Positions 61,359 through 64,000 of a stretch of 64,000 nucleotides of DNA are shown here, one piece after another. Source of the DNA: an uncultured Alphaproteobacteria bacterium. Lineage in GTDB: Bacteria; Pseudomonadota; Alphaproteobacteria; Rhizobiales; Hyphomicrobiaceae. Both the position numbers and the translations under genes were made by a program. Every line of letters starts with the position of its first letter. Positions within the stretch are counted from its first letter, which is position 1. Where the stretch lies: the NCBI GenBank assembly GCA_963699485.1, contig CAVOUC010000018.1, forward strand, positions 11,056 through 75,055. The letters are read 5' to 3'. The notes below the pieces were generated by a model, which searched no databases, had not been told where the DNA came from, and saw only the letters and a program-made list of their open reading frames with translations.

Positions 61359-63446
61359 TCAGGCAAATCCGCGCTTCTTGAGAAGACCTGCGATCGTCGG
61401 CGGCCGGCCGCGAAACGCGACGTAGGCCTCCATCGGATCCTGCCGGTTGCCGGCCGCATAGATGTATTTCAACAATCGCGCAGCGGTCTTGGCGTCGAAC
61501 GGGTCGCCGGCCTCCTCGAACGCGGTGAAGGCGTCGGCGTCCATGACCTCCGACCACAGATAGCTGTAATAGCCTGCCGCGTAACCGCCGATGATGTGCT
61601 GGAAGTGGAGCGCGCGATGACGCGGCACGATCTCGGGGGGCATGCCGATGCGCGCCATCAGATCCGCTTCGAATTTGACCACGTCGACGGGCTTGGCGGT
61701 CGCTAGCGCGTGGAGCTCCATGTCGAGAAGCGCGGACGCAAGATACTCGACCGTCTGAAACCCCTGATTGAAGGTGCGCGCCGCCTCGAGGCGGCGGATC
61801 AGCCGCTCCGGCATGGGCCTTCCCGTCTCGGCGTGGAGCGCGAAGCGGCGCAACACCTCGGGCCTTGAGAGCCAGTACTCGAACAACTGCGACGGCAGCT
61901 CGACGAAGTCGCGCAGCACGTTGGTGCACGAGAGGGAGGGATAGGTCACGTCCGAGAGGAGCCCGTGCAGCCCGTGGCCAAGCTCGTGAAAGAGCGTGCG
62001 CGCGTCGTCGAACGAAAGCAGTGTCGGCTCGCCGTCACCTCCGCGGGCAAAGCTCGTGACGTTGACGACGATCGGCCTCACGTCGCGCGTGAGCTTGTTC
62101 TGACCGCGATAGGTCGACATCCAGGCCCCCGAGCGCTTCGAGGGGCGCGCGAAGTAATCGCCCATGAACAGGCCGACGTGCTTGCCCGACCGCGTGCGCA
62201 CCTCCCAGACCCTCACGTCCTCGTGGTAGACGGAAACGTCGTGGCGCTCCTCGAAGCGGATTCCAAACAAGCGCGAGGCCGTGTCGAAAGCGGCCGCGAT
62301 CACGGCGTCGAGGGCGAGATAGGGCCTGAGCTCGCCCTCGTCGAGGTCGAAGCGGGCGCGCCGCTCCTTCTCCGCGTAGTAGCGCCAGTCCCACGGGGCG
62401 AGGCGGAAGTTGCCGCCCTCGCTCCGGGCAAGCGCTTCGAGGGCCTCACGCTCCTCGGCAGCGCGCTTGACCGCCGGGTGCCAGACCTGGTCGAGGAGGG
62501 TGCGCACGGCGTCCGCCGTCTTCGCCATCGTGTCATCGAGGGCGAGCGCGGCGTAGGTCGGAAATCCCATGATCTTGGCAAGCTCGGCCCTGAGCGCCAC
62601 GATCTCGGCGGCGATTGCCCGATTGTCCGTCGAACCCGCGTTCTCCCCGCGGCGGACCCAGGCGCGCCAGGCCTCCTCGCGCAGGTCGCGGCGCGCCGAG
62701 AACTGCAGGAACGGCTCGACGCTCGAGCGCGCGAGCGTAATGGCATGGCTATCCGGCTTGCCGAGGCTCTCGGCGGCACGAGCGGCGGAAGCGCGCAGCG
62801 CCGCCGGCAGGCCCGCGAGATCGGCCTCTCTCTTGAGCTCGAGGCTCCACGATTGCTCGTCGGCGAGCACGTTCTGGGCGAAGGCGGTCGCGAGCGTCGC
62901 GAGCCGGGTGTTGATCTCGGCGACGCGCTTCTTGCCTTTGCGGTCGAGCGTGGCGCCAGAGCGGACGAACGCCGCGTAGGTACGCTCGAGAACGCGCGCC
63001 TCCTCGGACCCGAGGGCGAGGCGGTCGCGCCTCTCGTGGAGCTCGGCAATCCTCGCGAAGAGCTTGGCGTCGAGGAAGATCGCAGTCTGGTGCTTGGCGA
63101 GGCGCGGGGCGATCTCGCGCTCGATCCTCTGCAGGGCCTCGTTGGTGTCGGCCGAGGCAAGATTGAAAAAGACGTCTGCCACCTTGTTCAAGAGCTCGCC
63201 GCTCTTCTCGAGCGCGCGCAGGGTATTGGCGAACGTGGGCTTTGCGCGGCTATCGGCGATGGCGCGAATCTCGGCCTTGTGCTGGGCAAGCGCGCGGGAG
63301 AATGCCGGCGAAAAGTCGCGCGCCTCGATGCGATCGAACGGAGGAGCGCCGAACGGGCCTCTCCACCTCCCGAGCAGCGGGTTCGAGCGCGGGGCGCGCT
63401 CCTGCTTTGCTCGACGCTTCGTTGACTTCACCTTCGCTTTGGCCAT
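61359..63446 (-). CDS. dcp: Peptidyl-dipeptidase Dcp (M3 family)
   Basis: FHELGHGLH, DFVELPSQL, YAAGYYSYLWSEV. Confidence 0.95.
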   Translation of the reverse strand: MAKAKVKSTKRRAKQERAPRSNPLLGRWRGPFGAPPFDRIEARDFSPAFSRALAQHKAEIRAIADSRAKPTFANTLRALEKSGELLNKVADVFFNLASADTNEALQRIEREIAPRLAKHQTAIFLDAKLFARIAELHERRDRLALGSEEARVLERTYAAFVRSGATLDRKGKKRVAEINTRLATLATAFAQNVLADEQSWSLELKREADLAGLPAALRASAARAAESLGKPDSHAITLARSSVEPFLQFSARRDLREEAWRAWVRRGENAGSTDNRAIAAEIVALRAELAKIMGFPTYAALALDDTMAKTADAVRTLLDQVWHPAVKRAAEEREALEALARSEGGNFRLAPWDWRYYAEKERRARFDLDEGELRPYLALDAVIAAAFDTASRLFGIRFEERHDVSVYHEDVRVWEVRTRSGKHVGLFMGDYFARPSKRSGAWMSTYRGQNKLTRDVRPIVVNVTSFARGGDGEPTLLSFDDARTLFHELGHGLHGLLSDVTYPSLSCTNVLRDFVELPSQLFEYWLSRPEVLRRFALHAETGRPMPERLIRRLEAARTFNQGFQTVEYLASALLDMELHALATAKPVDVVKFEADLMARIGMPPEIVPRHRALHFQHIIGGYAAGYYSYLWSEVMDADAFTAFEEAGDPFDAKTAARLLKYIYAAGNRQDPMEAYVAFRGRPPTIAGLLKKRGFA

Positions 63447-63517
63447 CGCTTCACGCCACTCCAGAGATCGTCAAAGCCACGATGGTTAGCCGAGCTGCGG
63501 CCCCGCCGCAAAGAGAG

Positions 63518-63893
63518 AAGGGCCGGCGGGGAACCGGCCCTTCCACAGGGAGAACGGACTTAGAAGGTAGAGTTGCCTCATCGGCCCGGTTCGACGCGAT
63601 CGCCCTGGGGGGCTGGGGGCTGTATCTCCAAAGCTTTCGCGGGAACCGGGCCTTGGTGGCAACGATTTGAGGGTCGCAACCCTTTGCGGCGCGCCAAGGG
63701 CCACTGCGCGACGCCAATCGGGCCAAGAAAAGGAATTTCCTTGTCGCCTCAAAGAGAACGGCCGTTCCGTTGAAGGCCTATTCCGCTCCAGGCTGAGGGA
63801 GAAATCTCGCGGGAAGGGAGGCCCGGTCCACGGAGATAACGCTCGGAGGGGGTTGGGGGGCTGAAATCCGAGACAGTCAATGGGACCGGGCCT
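63518..63893 (-). ncRNA. Candidate modular sRNA/leader: two related hairpins with C-rich loops plus a terminator-like hairpin
   Basis: Stems GGCCCGGTTC/GAACCGGGCC (63583-63652) and AGGCCCGGTCC/GGACCGGGCCT (63819-63893), each enclosing GGGGG(C/T)TGGGGG(G)CTG; AAGGGCCGG/CCGGCCCTT hairpin at 63518-63542. Confidence 0.45.
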
Positions 63894-64000
63894 GTTCAAC
63901 AATCCCCAGTCTACATAGCAATGCGGCCCGGCAAGGGAGGCTTTATGGCGGACGTGTGAAAAGTGTGACTCAATGTTACACTGGTTGTTCGGGGCCGGCT

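Overview
GC-rich alphaproteobacterial chromosome segment. Gene content and order point to Hyphomicrobiales/Hyphomicrobiaceae; ethylmalonyl-CoA mutase and an NAD-dependent formate dehydrogenase suggest C1/C2 metabolism. Bases 1 to about 11,950 are the right end of an integrated genomic island. A P4-like tyrosine integrase sits next to a tRNA-Leu(CAA) sequence that stops just after the anticodon loop and is not reconstituted at this end. The island also carries a serine recombinase, IS481 and IS110 remnants, and stress cargo: an RpoH/ROSE-controlled Hsp20, an NfuA-N-terminus/SufE fusion, a frameshifted NDH-2, an orphan sdhB, a HisKA_2 kinase coupled to a small-alarmone-hydrolase-like HD protein, a CBS protein and an lldD-like gene. 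The rest is mostly core genome: serralysin-like protease, ecm, fabI, aroC, MCP, suhB, L,D-transpeptidase, fba, gap, zapA, fdh, 6S RNA, ygfA, ymdB, yebC, ruvC, ruvA, trxA, addAB, dnaK, lepB, grpE, hrcA, rph, rdgB, hemW, dedA, dsbB, HNH, alkA, gluQ, DUF1287 and dcp. The most notable oddities are the split tRNA/att site, an OmpA-domain protein with twelve 23/16-aa FxxxRNxEI repeats, RdgB with an extra C-terminal helical module, palindromic repeats that appear to supply ribosome-binding sites, repeated hairpin modules upstream of dcp, and several broken conserved operons. Single-base indels in ndh, rdgB and hemW may be sequencing errors. All family assignments come from motif recognition by eye; no database searches were run.
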